Shown here piece after piece: positions 1 to 8,814 of a DNA stretch of 64,000 bases; position 1 is the stretch's first letter, and every line of letters starts with the position of its first letter. A program made the translations under genes and the position numbers. The stretch comes from an uncultured Thermoplasmata archaeon (GTDB taxonomy: Archaea; Thermoplasmatota; Thermoplasmata; Lutacidiplasmatales; UBA184), in contig CAWCRH010000008.1 in NCBI GenBank assembly GCA_963797975.1, positions 16,862 to 80,861 of the forward strand, in the 5' to 3' direction. Under the pieces are notes generated by a model. The model ran no database searches, had not been told where the DNA came from, and saw only the letters and a program-made list of their open reading frames with translations.

Positions 1-546
1 GCCCCCACGATCGGCACCCGCTCCCGTGGGCAGACCACCGAGGACAAGGTCGCGATCCTTCGCTCGGCGGGACGTTTTCCCTCTGATGCAACGGCTGAGG
101 AGATCGCGTTCGGGCTTGAAGTGGCTCGACTGATCGGGCTCGATCCGTGGCTCGGCCAGGTGATGTTCCTCCGGTTCGACCCCGCGGACAAGATCCACCC
201 CTTCGTCGGAATCGATGGAATGCGGGCGGTCGCCGAGCGGAGCGGCCAGTACGACGGTCGGGAGATCGACGTCGAGCTCGCGAAGGGGCCCGACGGTCGA
301 GAGAAACCCGTCAAGGCCATTTGCCGAGTACACCGGAAGGACTGGAGCCGTCCGCTGGTGGAGGAGGTCTGGTTCGAGGAAGCGGTCCGGAAGCGCAAGG
401 ACGGCCAACCCACGAGGCCGTGGGTCGAGATGCCTATCACGATGCTCCGGAAGGCAGCGGAGGAGCGAGCGCTCCGGGCAGCCTTCCCGCTCCAGCTCTC
501 CGGGGTCTACGGAGAGCAGGAAGCTCCGACGGAGTGGAAAGGGTGA
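1..546 (+). CDS. RecT-family single-strand annealing recombinase, 5'-truncated by the window edge
   Basis: Open in frame from base 1. Translation ...AEEIAFGLEVARLIGLDPWLGQVMFL...VGIDGMRAVAERSGQYDG...MLRKAAEERALRAAFP looks like the RecT/Bet core. The N-terminus lies outside the window. Confidence 0.55.
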   Translation, partial: APTIGTRSRGQTTEDKVAILRSAGRFPSDATAEEIAFGLEVARLIGLDPWLGQVMFLRFDPADKIHPFVGIDGMRAVAERSGQYDGREIDVELAKGPDGREKPVKAICRVHRKDWSRPLVEEVWFEEAVRKRKDGQPTRPWVEMPITMLRKAAEERALRAAFPLQLSGVYGEQEAPTEWKG

Positions 547-758
547 GCGCTGCCATCCGATCTCCTACCGAACCGCGTTCGATCGGGCAGCCCGGTGTCC
601 TGACCGGGGTCCACGACGAATACAATCCCGATGACGAGGCCGTGATCGCGGCGCCGGACGAACGGGATGCTGTCGCCAGAGAGTCCCTCGACGACCTCGT
701 GGATCTGCGTCCCTTGAAGGGAGTGGCCCGGCACCTCCCGTCCGGAGACCCAGTCCGC

Positions 759-2026
759 CTACTCATCGAGGGGGAACCGGACCGTCTCCCCCGTGCGGGT
801 ACCTGGCGGCGAAGGCGGACTCGTGGGTCCTGCTCCTGCTTCGGGCGGGTTGAGGAGGATCCGGTCTTGACCGACGTTTCCCGCGAAGGTCCAACCCGCG
901 TCCAGATACCCGGGCAACTCGTCGACGCGGACGAGGGCCTGCTTCTTCGGGGTCGGGGCAACACGCTTCTGGGTAAGCGCCCGGACCTGCTCGAGGTTCG
1001 ACAGGTCGACCCCTTCCAGCTCCTTCTCGGAGTAGCCAAGGGATCCCAAGAGCACCCGCGCGACCTCGCGGCGCACGTCACCCTCCGAGGCGACTTCTCC
1101 TGTGAGGATCGGCTCGCACCGTCGGTATGCCTCCCGCATCTCCTCGACGAGGTCCCCCGGCAGGCGGTTCTTGTTGAGCGAGTACCGGGCCGTGATGTCG
1201 CCCGTGTGGCCGCCCCAGTGAACCACGAACCGATGCACGACCTTCCCCTGGCCCTCGGCGACGCCGAGACGGGTCTCGAAGAATACCCGCAGCACGTACG
1301 GCCGGTCCTTCATGTCGAGCGACCGGAACGCGGCCCGCACCGCACCGCTGACGTTCATCGTCCGCAGGAAGGGTCTCCGTCCGCGTCCCGGACTCACGAG
1401 GTCGCTCGCCCGCGTCAGCTTCTCCCCTTGCGCGATCCGGAGCTTGAGGTAGTCCTCGATCGCCTTGCATGTGGGAAGCGGGGCGAAAGTGAGGTAGGTG
1501 TGCCGGGCCTTGGAGAGCGACTCGCGGACGACCACCAGCGCCGGGACCTTCCGGAACTTGGGCTCGCTGCCCGAGAGGTCGAGTTCGGGGAAATCCCCGA
1601 GAGTGAAACCGTCGTCGCCGAGATAGTTGCCGACGACCTCGGGACGGACGCCGCTGTAGGCCATGAGAGCGCAGGTCACCCGGTCCCTCAGGGGAGCCCG
1701 GGCGAGAACGGTCCGTACCTGCCCGGGCGATGGAGCGATCTCATCGACCAACGTGGGAGTGGATTCCCGCCCCTTGATGTTCACACCGGTCACGGCGAGA
1801 CGTCCGTTGTGCTTCCGCCACGAGTTGACGGCTTTGACGGTGCTGTGGATGTAGGAACCGGCGTGCTTGGCCTTCGGGACTCGACCTCAACGAAGTCCAT
1901 GACGAGGTCGCGGAGCGGCTTGTCGCCCATGCGCGCCAAAGCCTCGGGAGTGACCTTCATGAGGCGAGAGAAGGCGGCGAGGCGTCGGACGTAGACGTCG
2001 GCCGTGGCGCGGCTTCCTTGGGCCAC
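759..2026 (-). CDS. Tyrosine recombinase / phage-type integrase with one apparent frameshift near 1876-1885
   Basis: The catalytic part is in ORF 759..1793 (HWGGHTGDITARYS with terminal Tyr). The N-terminal SAM-like part (VYVRRLAAFSRLMKVTPEAL) is in ORF 1790..2026. The two frames join at ...MDFVEVE / VPKAKHAGSYIHSTVKAVNSW, implying a 1-nt indel. About 170 aa follow the catalytic Tyr. Confidence 0.65.
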
Positions 2027-2266
2027 GTTCCGGTGCCAGCGGCGTCGGTCGTCGGACTCAGCGAGGAAGGGTACGAGGCGGGGGGGTACGGTTCGGTCCC
2101 ATGAGGAAGGTAAGGGAGCATGGGTTCTAATAGATTATGCTATAAGGCCCCGGCGGGCCCGTCCCAACGCCATGGGCCGGGGCGGCATGGGCGACCTCGT
2201 GGGATGGGTGTCGCGCGCGCGGGTCTTAAACCGTCCCTGCTCTCCACCCCGGCGCTCGGAGGGCTG

Positions 2267-3172
2267 ATGGGTACCCCCTATCCCGATACGGAAGGGTTCG
2301 TACGCGTGCAGGGTCACCGGATATTCTACCGGTCGCTCGGGCGAGCCCTGCGTGGCACGATCCTCGTCGTCCACGGGGGTCCCAGCGATCATCGTTACCT
2401 CGCCTGCCTCGCCGACCTCGTCCCTCATGGATTCCGCGTCGTGTGGTACGACCAGTGGGGCTGCGGTCGCTCGGATCGACCCCGATCGTTCCGGGGCTAC
2501 ACGATGGAGCGGGCCGGGGCCGAGGTCACCGCGGTCGCTCGACAGCTCCACCTTGGATCGCCGCATCTCTTCGGGCATAGTTGGGGTGGAGCGCTCGCGC
2601 TCGAGGCTGCAACCCGCTCCCCCAAACGGTTCGCTCATGTAATCGTGTGCGGAGGGTTCGCGAGCGACCGAAGTTTCCAGAGGGCGATGCGCCGGCATGT
2701 CCACGCGCTGCCGGCCTCCCTTCGAGTTCCCATCGAGCGGGGAGAACGCGAGGGACGCTACCATGGCCGGCAGTATCGGGCGGCCGTGCGGCGTCGTCGC
2801 CGCGAGTTCAGCCTGGGGATGGAGATCCTCCCGTTCGACATCGCGGTGACCGAGCCGTCGATGAATCGTCGTTTGCTCCGTGCGATCTACGGGGACCGAC
2901 CCGGGCTCTTCTCCCCCGCGACCGGGGCGCTTAAGGGGTGGGACGTCCGCCCTAAGTTGTCCAATCTGAGCGGCCGGTGCCTCGTGCTCGCGGGCGAGCG
3001 GGAAGCCGGCCGGTACACCGCCCAAGAGATCCACCGCCAGGTGACGGGCTCACGCCTCGTTCTCCTCGCGGACTGCGCTCACCTCCCGTTCCTTCAATCG
3101 CGCGACCGGTTCATGCAGGTCGTCCTCGCGTTCCTCGTGCGTCAGGGACACCGCCCCCGGCGAGAACGGTGA
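2267..3172 (+). CDS. Alpha/beta hydrolase, proline-iminopeptidase-like
   Basis: Shows HGGP oxyanion motif, GHSWGG nucleophile elbow and C-terminal ...DCAHLPF (catalytic His). ATG at 2267 chosen inside ORF 2120..3172. Confidence 0.7.
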   Translation: MGTPYPDTEGFVRVQGHRIFYRSLGRALRGTILVVHGGPSDHRYLACLADLVPHGFRVVWYDQWGCGRSDRPRSFRGYTMERAGAEVTAVARQLHLGSPHLFGHSWGGALALEAATRSPKRFAHVIVCGGFASDRSFQRAMRRHVHALPASLRVPIERGEREGRYHGRQYRAAVRRRRREFSLGMEILPFDIAVTEPSMNRRLLRAIYGDRPGLFSPATGALKGWDVRPKLSNLSGRCLVLAGEREAGRYTAQEIHRQVTGSRLVLLADCAHLPFLQSRDRFMQVVLAFLVRQGHRPRRER

Positions 3173-3218
3173 GCGCCGGACGCAACGTCCTTAACGAGAG
3201 GGTCCATCGCGCCGATCG

Positions 3219-4529
3219 ATGGGTCTGGACGAGGCCTCGCTCATCGGGATGCTCTTCGTCGTCTTCCTCCTCGCCCAGGGCCTCGCCTATCTCTGTAGGC
3301 TCGTCCGCATCCCCGATTTCATTGGCCCGATGGTCGCCGGGATACTGCTCACCAACCTCTGGATCGGGTCGTTCTTGCCCGCCAACACCCTCGGGATCAA
3401 CCTCCTCGCCGGCGACGCGACGCTGAACGCGAACGCCCTCACCCTCCTCTTCGAGCTGGGTCTGATCTTCTTGGTCTTCACTGTCGGGCTGCAGATCCGT
3501 CCGGCAGCGATCCGCAGTGTGGCGGGTCCCGCCTTGAGCGCGGCGATGGTCGGTGTCGTGGTCCCGTTCGCCCTCGGGGCGGCGTTCGTCCTCCTTGCGC
3601 TCGGGGAATCCGACCTCTACGCGACGCTCTTCATCGGGACGGCGCTCGCGGCGAGTTCCGTAGGGATCGTCTCCGCCCTCATCCACGCCCACGGTCTCGT
3701 CGGACGGAAGGAAGGCCACCTGCTGCTCGCCGCCGCGCTGTTCGAAGACCTCATCGCCCTCGTTCTCCTCTCGGTCATCCTGGCGCTCGCGGCGCACGGG
3801 ACCCAAGCTTCTTCCGATTTCGTGATCCAGGTGGGATTGGTCATCGGGTTCGCGATTGCGTTCGTCGTTGGCTTCCTCTTCTTCAGCGAACCCGTCGCTC
3901 GACGCATCGTGCGCTCCTCACCCGCCGGGACCCCGCGGTCGAACGAGGCGAAGGCGGGGATGCTCGTGGTCGCCATTCTCGTCTGCCTTGGGGTGGGCTA
4001 CCTCGCCGAAACGCTCCAGCTCGCGGCCATCATGGGAGCCCTCTTCGCGGGAATGGCCCTCTCTCAGGTGAGCGAGGGGTACGAGCTCGAGCGATCGTTC
4101 GGCGCGCTCAACACGCTCATCGTTCCATTCTTCTTCGTCTTTATCGGGCTGCTCATTTCGATCAACGGACTGATCTCGGTCGGGCTCCTCGCGGTTCTGG
4201 TGACGGTGCTTGCCGTCGTCGGAAAGCTCCTCGCCGGCCTCACCGAGGTGCGCTCGCACGGTCCGCTCCAGGCGCTGACGGTGGGTACAGGACTCATGGC
4301 CCGCGGGGAGGTGGCCGTGATCATCGCGGCTACGGCCGCGACGGCCGGGCTCCTGTCCGACAACTACCTCGGGGCGATCGTGGTCATGGCCATCGTAACG
4401 ACGATCGTCGGGCCGATCCTGTTCGGAGTCGTCCGTCGGAGGGCATCGGACGGAACGTCTGCGTCCGGCGGTTCCGCGGACACGCTTCCCCCGGCCTCGG
4501 TCGGGACTCCCCCCGCGAGAGAAGCTTGA
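3219..4529 (+). CDS. Cation:proton antiporter (CPA2 / Kef-type Na+/H+ exchanger family)
   Basis: 436-aa polytopic membrane protein with about 12 hydrophobic segments. The pattern is typical of Na_H_exchanger proteins (FELGL..., GxxLSxxS...). Confidence 0.7.
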   Translation: MGLDEASLIGMLFVVFLLAQGLAYLCRLVRIPDFIGPMVAGILLTNLWIGSFLPANTLGINLLAGDATLNANALTLLFELGLIFLVFTVGLQIRPAAIRSVAGPALSAAMVGVVVPFALGAAFVLLALGESDLYATLFIGTALAASSVGIVSALIHAHGLVGRKEGHLLLAAALFEDLIALVLLSVILALAAHGTQASSDFVIQVGLVIGFAIAFVVGFLFFSEPVARRIVRSSPAGTPRSNEAKAGMLVVAILVCLGVGYLAETLQLAAIMGALFAGMALSQVSEGYELERSFGALNTLIVPFFFVFIGLLISINGLISVGLLAVLVTVLAVVGKLLAGLTEVRSHGPLQALTVGTGLMARGEVAVIIAATAATAGLLSDNYLGAIVVMAIVTTIVGPILFGVVRRRASDGTSASGGSADTLPPASVGTPPAREA

Positions 4530-4544
4530 TTTAGCCCTTGCCGG

Positions 4545-4961
4545 ATGGTGGGAGGGGCGACCATGGCCGAAGTGAAGCCGCCGATGGCCAACCTGGAGGA
4601 GCCGGTGCGCCCTCTTACCGGCGGGACGCGCCTCGGGGAGCGGATTGCGGGCGAGCTCGAGCTCCTGCGTCGCAAGGTGGAGCTGCTCGAGCGCTTGTCC
4701 AACGGGCCACCGATGGGGATCATCCGCCTCAGCGAGACGATCAACCTCCCGGTGCACAAGGTCCGCTACACCCTACATCTGCTCGAGCGCGAAGGAGTGG
4801 TCCAGCCGTCCGCCGACGGGGCGGTCGTCACGGACCTGGCCGCGACCTACTGGATCCGACTCGAGCACGCGCTCGACCGAATGACGGAGCAGATCCAGTT
4901 TCTCAAACAACGGGTGGCCGAGCACCACGCGCACCCGCCGACGCGCCGGAAAGGCTATTAG
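4545..4961 (+). CDS. Winged-helix DNA-binding protein (putative transcriptional regulator)
   Basis: 138-aa protein with ...GIIRLSETINLPVHKVRYTLHLLEREGVVQPS..., a wHTH-like recognition helix and wing. The start could instead be the ATG at 4563. Confidence 0.45.
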   Translation: MVGGATMAEVKPPMANLEEPVRPLTGGTRLGERIAGELELLRRKVELLERLSNGPPMGIIRLSETINLPVHKVRYTLHLLEREGVVQPSADGAVVTDLAATYWIRLEHALDRMTEQIQFLKQRVAEHHAHPPTRRKGY

Positions 4962-4987
4962 AGCGATGCCGGCTCGCCCGCGCCGGT

Positions 4988-5091
4988 GCCGCCGTAGCTC
5001 AGCGGCAGAGCGATCGGCTGTTAACCGAAAGGTCAGCGGTTCGAACGGCGGGTCCGTCCACCGAACCCGCCCAGAATTCCGCTCGGCGGCG
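4988..5091 (+). tRNA. tRNA-Asn (GTT) with an approximately 32-nt intron inside the T loop (about 5044/5046-5077)
   Basis: Acceptor GCCGCCG, D arm GCTC/GAGC, anticodon loop CTGTTAA. T stem AGCGG (5035-5039) pairs with CCGCT (5079-5083). The acceptor 3' strand is CGGCGGC (5084-5090). The cloverleaf closes only if the inserted segment is removed. The insert forms its own GGCGGG/CCCGCC hairpin. Confidence 0.75.
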
Positions 5092-5107
5092 CCTCCCGAC
5101 TCGACCC

Positions 5108-5183
5108 GGGCCCGTAGCTCAGTCCGGTCCAGAGCGACCGGCTCATAACCGGTTGGTCGACGGTTCAAATCCGTCCGGGCCCA
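5108..5183 (+). tRNA. tRNA-Met (CAT) elongator type, or tRNA-Ile2
   Basis: Hand-folded cloverleaf: GGGCCCG/CGGGCCC acceptor, GCTC/GAGC D stem, ACCGG/CCGGT anticodon stem, loop CTCATAA, GACGG-TTCAAAT-CCGTC T arm, discriminator A. G1:C72 argues against an initiator tRNA. Confidence 0.9.
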
Positions 5184-5451
5184 TTCATGAAGATGGGGGA
5201 ACCCCTCGGTATGGGGGGACGAAGCCATGATCCGTCCGTCTGATTGCTTCGCGCGTCGGGCCCGAGGCATCCCATGGTCTCCCAAGTCTAGGTCGACGCG
5301 AACTGTCGGTTCCGGGCGGGGGTCATGGTGATGACTCCCGGCCCGTAGCGCACCCGCTTCAGGGTCAACACCGCTTCACCTCACCTCTTTATATACCCTT
5401 CATCACCCTTAATGCCCATCTCGGGGAAACCTGGAGAACGGAACGACGTGG

Positions 5452-6006
5452 GTGGACCCGATGAAGGATCAAGCGTACAACAACGTGGTCGCGCTCGCCA
5501 CGGCAGTCGTGGTCCTGGTCGCGGTCATAGGGGTGGGGTTCACGGGCGCGTTAGGATCGATGGGATCCAGCGGCGCATCTACCCAGAGCACAACGTACCT
5601 CAACCTCACCATCGAGTTGAACAACATCACCGGAGCACCCCAATATGTCCCTGCGAACTTCACGGTCCCCACCGGACGTGTGGTCATCACCATCGTCGAC
5701 GAAGATTCTCCCGTGGCCTGGCCAGCGTGTACCTGCGAGGTCACAGGGACCGTCGGCGCGAGCGAGCTCTTGAACGGTACCGCCCTCTCCCAGGTGAACC
5801 CGGCGAACGTGGCTCACACGTTCACCATCGCCCCCCTCGGCCTCAACGTCGTGAGCCCCGGGGGCAGCACGGTGAGCTTCGCCGTGGACCTGACGACGCC
5901 CGGTGAATACACGTGGTTCTGCATGGCCCCGTGCGGCTCGAACGGCTACACGGGCTTCCCGATGGGTGTGCCGGGGTACATGACGGGCACCATGACCGTG
6001 TTCTAG
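5452..6006 (+). CDS. Membrane-anchored cupredoxin-like protein with many N-x-S/T sequons
   Basis: N-terminal TM helix followed by a beta-rich domain with ...AHTFTI... and ...YTWFCMAPCG...M.... There is no His after the Cys, so the Cu site is atypical. TATA-like CTTTATATA lies at about 5386-5394. Confidence 0.5.
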   Translation: MDPMKDQAYNNVVALATAVVVLVAVIGVGFTGALGSMGSSGASTQSTTYLNLTIELNNITGAPQYVPANFTVPTGRVVITIVDEDSPVAWPACTCEVTGTVGASELLNGTALSQVNPANVAHTFTIAPLGLNVVSPGGSTVSFAVDLTTPGEYTWFCMAPCGSNGYTGFPMGVPGYMTGTMTVF

Positions 6007-6276
6007 GCCGCGCCGGTCACCGCCTCTCCGAACGGCGTTCGTCGAGAACAACGCGCGACTGCGCCCCGAGGACCGACCGCGAGGTCGCCCCCGTCGGTTC
6101 GTCCCGACCGCGGTACCGGGCCCTGAGCGGGGACCGCGCTCCCCTGGGCACGGGGGTGAGAGCTCCGCCCTTCGGGGAAGCGAGTGCCCGATGAGGAACC
6201 CAACTTAGCGACCTTTCTCGGTGGCAGAGCCGCCCGATCCTGATGGGGCGGTGTTGGCGGCTGCGGGCGCCAACCC

Positions 6277-7014
6277 TCACTGGCGGGGCGCTGCCAACCA
6301 ACGCGACAAACGGGGGTACTTCACGTGGCCGGTCATCCAGACCCAGTGGTCGATGGCCAGGTACTTTCCCGCGGCCCCTGTGAAAAGGACAACGTAGATC
6401 AGGAGGTAGAGGGGGTGCGGGCCCACGTCGGTTCCACCGGGGATTTGGAACGTGCTGAGGAACTGGGTCAATAGGAACGCGATCGAGGCGGCCCCGCCCA
6501 CGAGGCAGGCCAGACGTGTGGTCAAGCCGAAAACGAATGCGATGGCCAGGTACGCCGTGAGGAGCGCGGTGATCCATGCGAACAGGGTCGCGTTCGCGGC
6601 CACGAAACTCGCGACGCCCGGTCCTCCCAGGCTGGTGGGTGCGAAGGAGAGAGCCACATCCTTGAACGTGGAAAAGAACTGATTGGCCGGGTCCACGACG
6701 AAGATGAGGTTGAGGACCCAGACGAAGCCCACCCCCACACGAAGGAGATCGATCGACATTCCCTTGGGGTCGGACTGCCAGAGATCCAGGAGATGCCTCG
6801 ACCAGCTCCGCGCACCCACGGAACGGGCGGCGGACCGGGAACCATCCTCGCTTCCTCCGTCTGTCACCCCGCTCGCCGCGGCCCATGAGAAGAGGAAGAC
6901 CACTCCGACCACCATGAGCAGCACGCCGGCAAGGAACCCGGTCGTGGTGAGGGACAAGGGAAGACCGATTACGAACAGAACAACGCCCACTACAAGCCGG
7001 GTCAGGCCCGCCAT
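6277..7014 (-). CDS. Polytopic membrane protein, DoxX/DoxD-like
   Basis: Four to five TM helices (LLRVGVGFVWVLN..., LFAWITALLTAYLAIAFVFG...). The start was taken at MAGLTRLVV to avoid overlap with the upstream gene. Confidence 0.4.
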   Translation of the reverse strand: MAGLTRLVVGVVLFVIGLPLSLTTTGFLAGVLLMVVGVVFLFSWAAASGVTDGGSEDGSRSAARSVGARSWSRHLLDLWQSDPKGMSIDLLRVGVGFVWVLNLIFVVDPANQFFSTFKDVALSFAPTSLGGPGVASFVAANATLFAWITALLTAYLAIAFVFGLTTRLACLVGGAASIAFLLTQFLSTFQIPGGTDVGPHPLYLLIYVVLFTGAAGKYLAIDHWVWMTGHVKYPRLSRWLAAPRQ

Positions 7015-7024
7015 CTTCGAGCCC

Positions 7025-8491
7025 CTACAGCCCTCCATGGACAAGAATGCATAGTTCGCCTGATTCCCGGCTCCGAGCCGGGCTTGGCCGCACGAAGGGT
7101 GGAGGCCTTCCCCCACCCTGGGCCACTCCCGGAGATGGCGAGGCAGCGGGCGGGGGCGAGGCTGTCGCCGCAGACGGTCGACGTCGGCGCATCATTCCGA
7201 GCACGGATACGATCACCGCGGCTACCACCGCCACCCCGATCACCACGTAGATCCATGATGGGGTTTCGGAACTCGAGGAGGACGGAGACCCAATCACACT
7301 CACGTTGGCCGAGCCAAAGTTCGACACGTACATGTATCCGGTACCGCTGTCGTACGTTGCCGAGTCCGGAATGTAACCGACGGGGAGCGTGTCTACAACG
7401 GCAGTGCCGTTGATCAGGCTCACATTGTCCGAAAGAGCGTTCATCTCGTAGACGTAGCCGTTACCGCTATCGTACGCGCCGAACCGTGGTAGGGAGCCGA
7501 CGGGGACATTGGCCACGACCGACATGCCCCCGATCACACTCACGTTGTTCGAACCTGAGTTTGGCACGTAGACGTATCCGTTGTGGCTGTCGTACGCCGA
7601 CAGATCCGGTTCGGAGCCCACGGGGACCGTTGCTGCCAGCGCCGTCCCGTCGACCACGCTCACGTTCGCCGAACCAAAGTTGGACACGTAGACGTAGCCG
7701 TTGCCGCTGTCATAGGAAGCAAAGTACGGCTCGGAACCGACACGGACCGTCGCCACGAGCGAGGTATCATTGATCACGCTCACGGTATCCGAGCCGGTGT
7801 TCGGAACGTAGACGTACCCATTGCCACCGTCGTAGAGAGCGAAATACGGTCCGAGACCGACAGGGACCGTCGCCACGAGCAACGTGCCGCGGATCACGCT
7901 CACCGTGTCCGAGCCAAAGTTCGGGACGTACACGCATCCATTGCCGCTATCGTAGCCGGCGATCCGTGGCTGGGTACCGACGGGGACCGAACCCACCACC
8001 GACGCGCCCTGGATCACGCTCACGTTGGCGGAATCGCTGTTCGGAACGTAGACGTAGCTGTTGCCGCTGTCGTATGTCGCGGCTTGCGGTTCGGAGCCCA
8101 CGGGGACCGTCCACGCGACCGACGTGCCGCTGATCACGCTCACATTGCCCGAGGAGTAATTGGGCACGTAGACGTAGCCGTTGCCACCGTCGTACGCTCC
8201 GACAAAGGGATCGTTGCCCACAGGCACCGTTGCCACCACCTCCAGGAGCTTCGATACATTGGTCGGTGACGCTAGCGCGACGACGTTTGCGGCAGCGGTT
8301 TTCCCAAAGGAAGCCACGGCAGGTTTCGCCAATGACGGGTCCGCGGTGTGCGAGGAGTGTACTGGAGCCGCGCCGCCCCCCGTGGATAGGAACACCGACG
8401 CTACCAGTAAGAGACCGAGGACTACCGCGACTCGTGCGGGCCCGGTCCCTCGGCATCGGTCCGGCACGTTGATGCCCCGCTGCGCCGCCAA
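7025..8491 (-). CDS. Cell-surface protein with about 9 YVTN-type beta-propeller repeats, a signal peptide and a C-terminal TM anchor
   Basis: Repeats of about 41-42 aa: VPVGxxPxxxxYDSGNGYVYVxNxxSxxVSVIxGTxxVxT. N-terminal hydrophobic signal. C-terminal WIYVVIGVAVVAAVIVSVLGMMRRRR. Confidence 0.7.
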   Translation of the reverse strand: MAAQRGINVPDRCRGTGPARVAVVLGLLLVASVFLSTGGGAAPVHSSHTADPSLAKPAVASFGKTAAANVVALASPTNVSKLLEVVATVPVGNDPFVGAYDGGNGYVYVPNYSSGNVSVISGTSVAWTVPVGSEPQAATYDSGNSYVYVPNSDSANVSVIQGASVVGSVPVGTQPRIAGYDSGNGCVYVPNFGSDTVSVIRGTLLVATVPVGLGPYFALYDGGNGYVYVPNTGSDTVSVINDTSLVATVRVGSEPYFASYDSGNGYVYVSNFGSANVSVVDGTALAATVPVGSEPDLSAYDSHNGYVYVPNSGSNNVSVIGGMSVVANVPVGSLPRFGAYDSGNGYVYEMNALSDNVSLINGTAVVDTLPVGYIPDSATYDSGTGYMYVSNFGSANVSVIGSPSSSSSETPSWIYVVIGVAVVAAVIVSVLGMMRRRRPSAATASPPPAASPSPGVAQGGGRPPPFVRPSPARSRESGELCILVHGGL

Positions 8492-8814
8492 CGGGATTCA
8501 CGTATATGGGCCTGCCCGGGGGAGATGCCCCCAGCCAGCGAGGGATGCACTCTGTCCCGGCAACAGCTCAGCCCGCCTTCCGGCGAGGGGCTGGTTCGAG
8601 TTCCGCTCCCATCCCGGTCGGCCGAGCAGCGCGATCTCCGCGTATCTGGGTTCCAACGGCCGGCCCATTGTGCTCGTACCCCCGAGCGGCATGGATTCTA
8701 GCATGGGTTTACATCATGTCTGAGCCGTGGTGACTTCCGCAGGGTCGCGGCTGTCGCCGAGGAACCGACATCCTCTTCGCGGGTGGGCTCTTGTTTCAAT
8801 CCGCCCCCTCTGGA

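Larger units (their letters stand above)
1..2100. mobile_element. Right-hand edge of a putative integrated element (provirus or plasmid remnant) carrying RecT and an integrase
   Basis: A phage-type recombinase sits next to an integrase, followed by an AT-richer patch (2125-2150) and then ordinary housekeeping genes. No att repeat was identified. Confidence 0.35.

Noticed and set aside
147-1994. 615-aa ORF on the plus strand spanning the RecT end and the whole integrase region
   Set aside because: It is antisense to a recognisable integrase. It has an Arg/Pro/Gly-rich low-complexity translation typical of stop-poor off-frames in GC-rich DNA, and no motifs.
5340-5349. A 10-nt copy (GGCCCGTAGC) of the 5' end of tRNA-Met, 160 nt downstream of that tRNA, considered as a possible att-site duplication
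   Set aside because: Integrases duplicate the 3' part of tRNAs, not the 5' part. A 10-mer match in GC-rich DNA is within chance, and no longer repeat was found.
6007-6276. 270-nt ORF-free convergent intergenic region with two hairpins (CCGCCC/GGGCGG at about 6226-6250 and GTTGGCG/CGCCAAC at about 6253-6274), considered as an SRP RNA, 5S or other ncRNA
   Set aside because: I could not find any conserved SRP, 5S or RNase P sequence blocks. The hairpins sit where convergent transcripts end. A covariance-model scan would be needed to say more.
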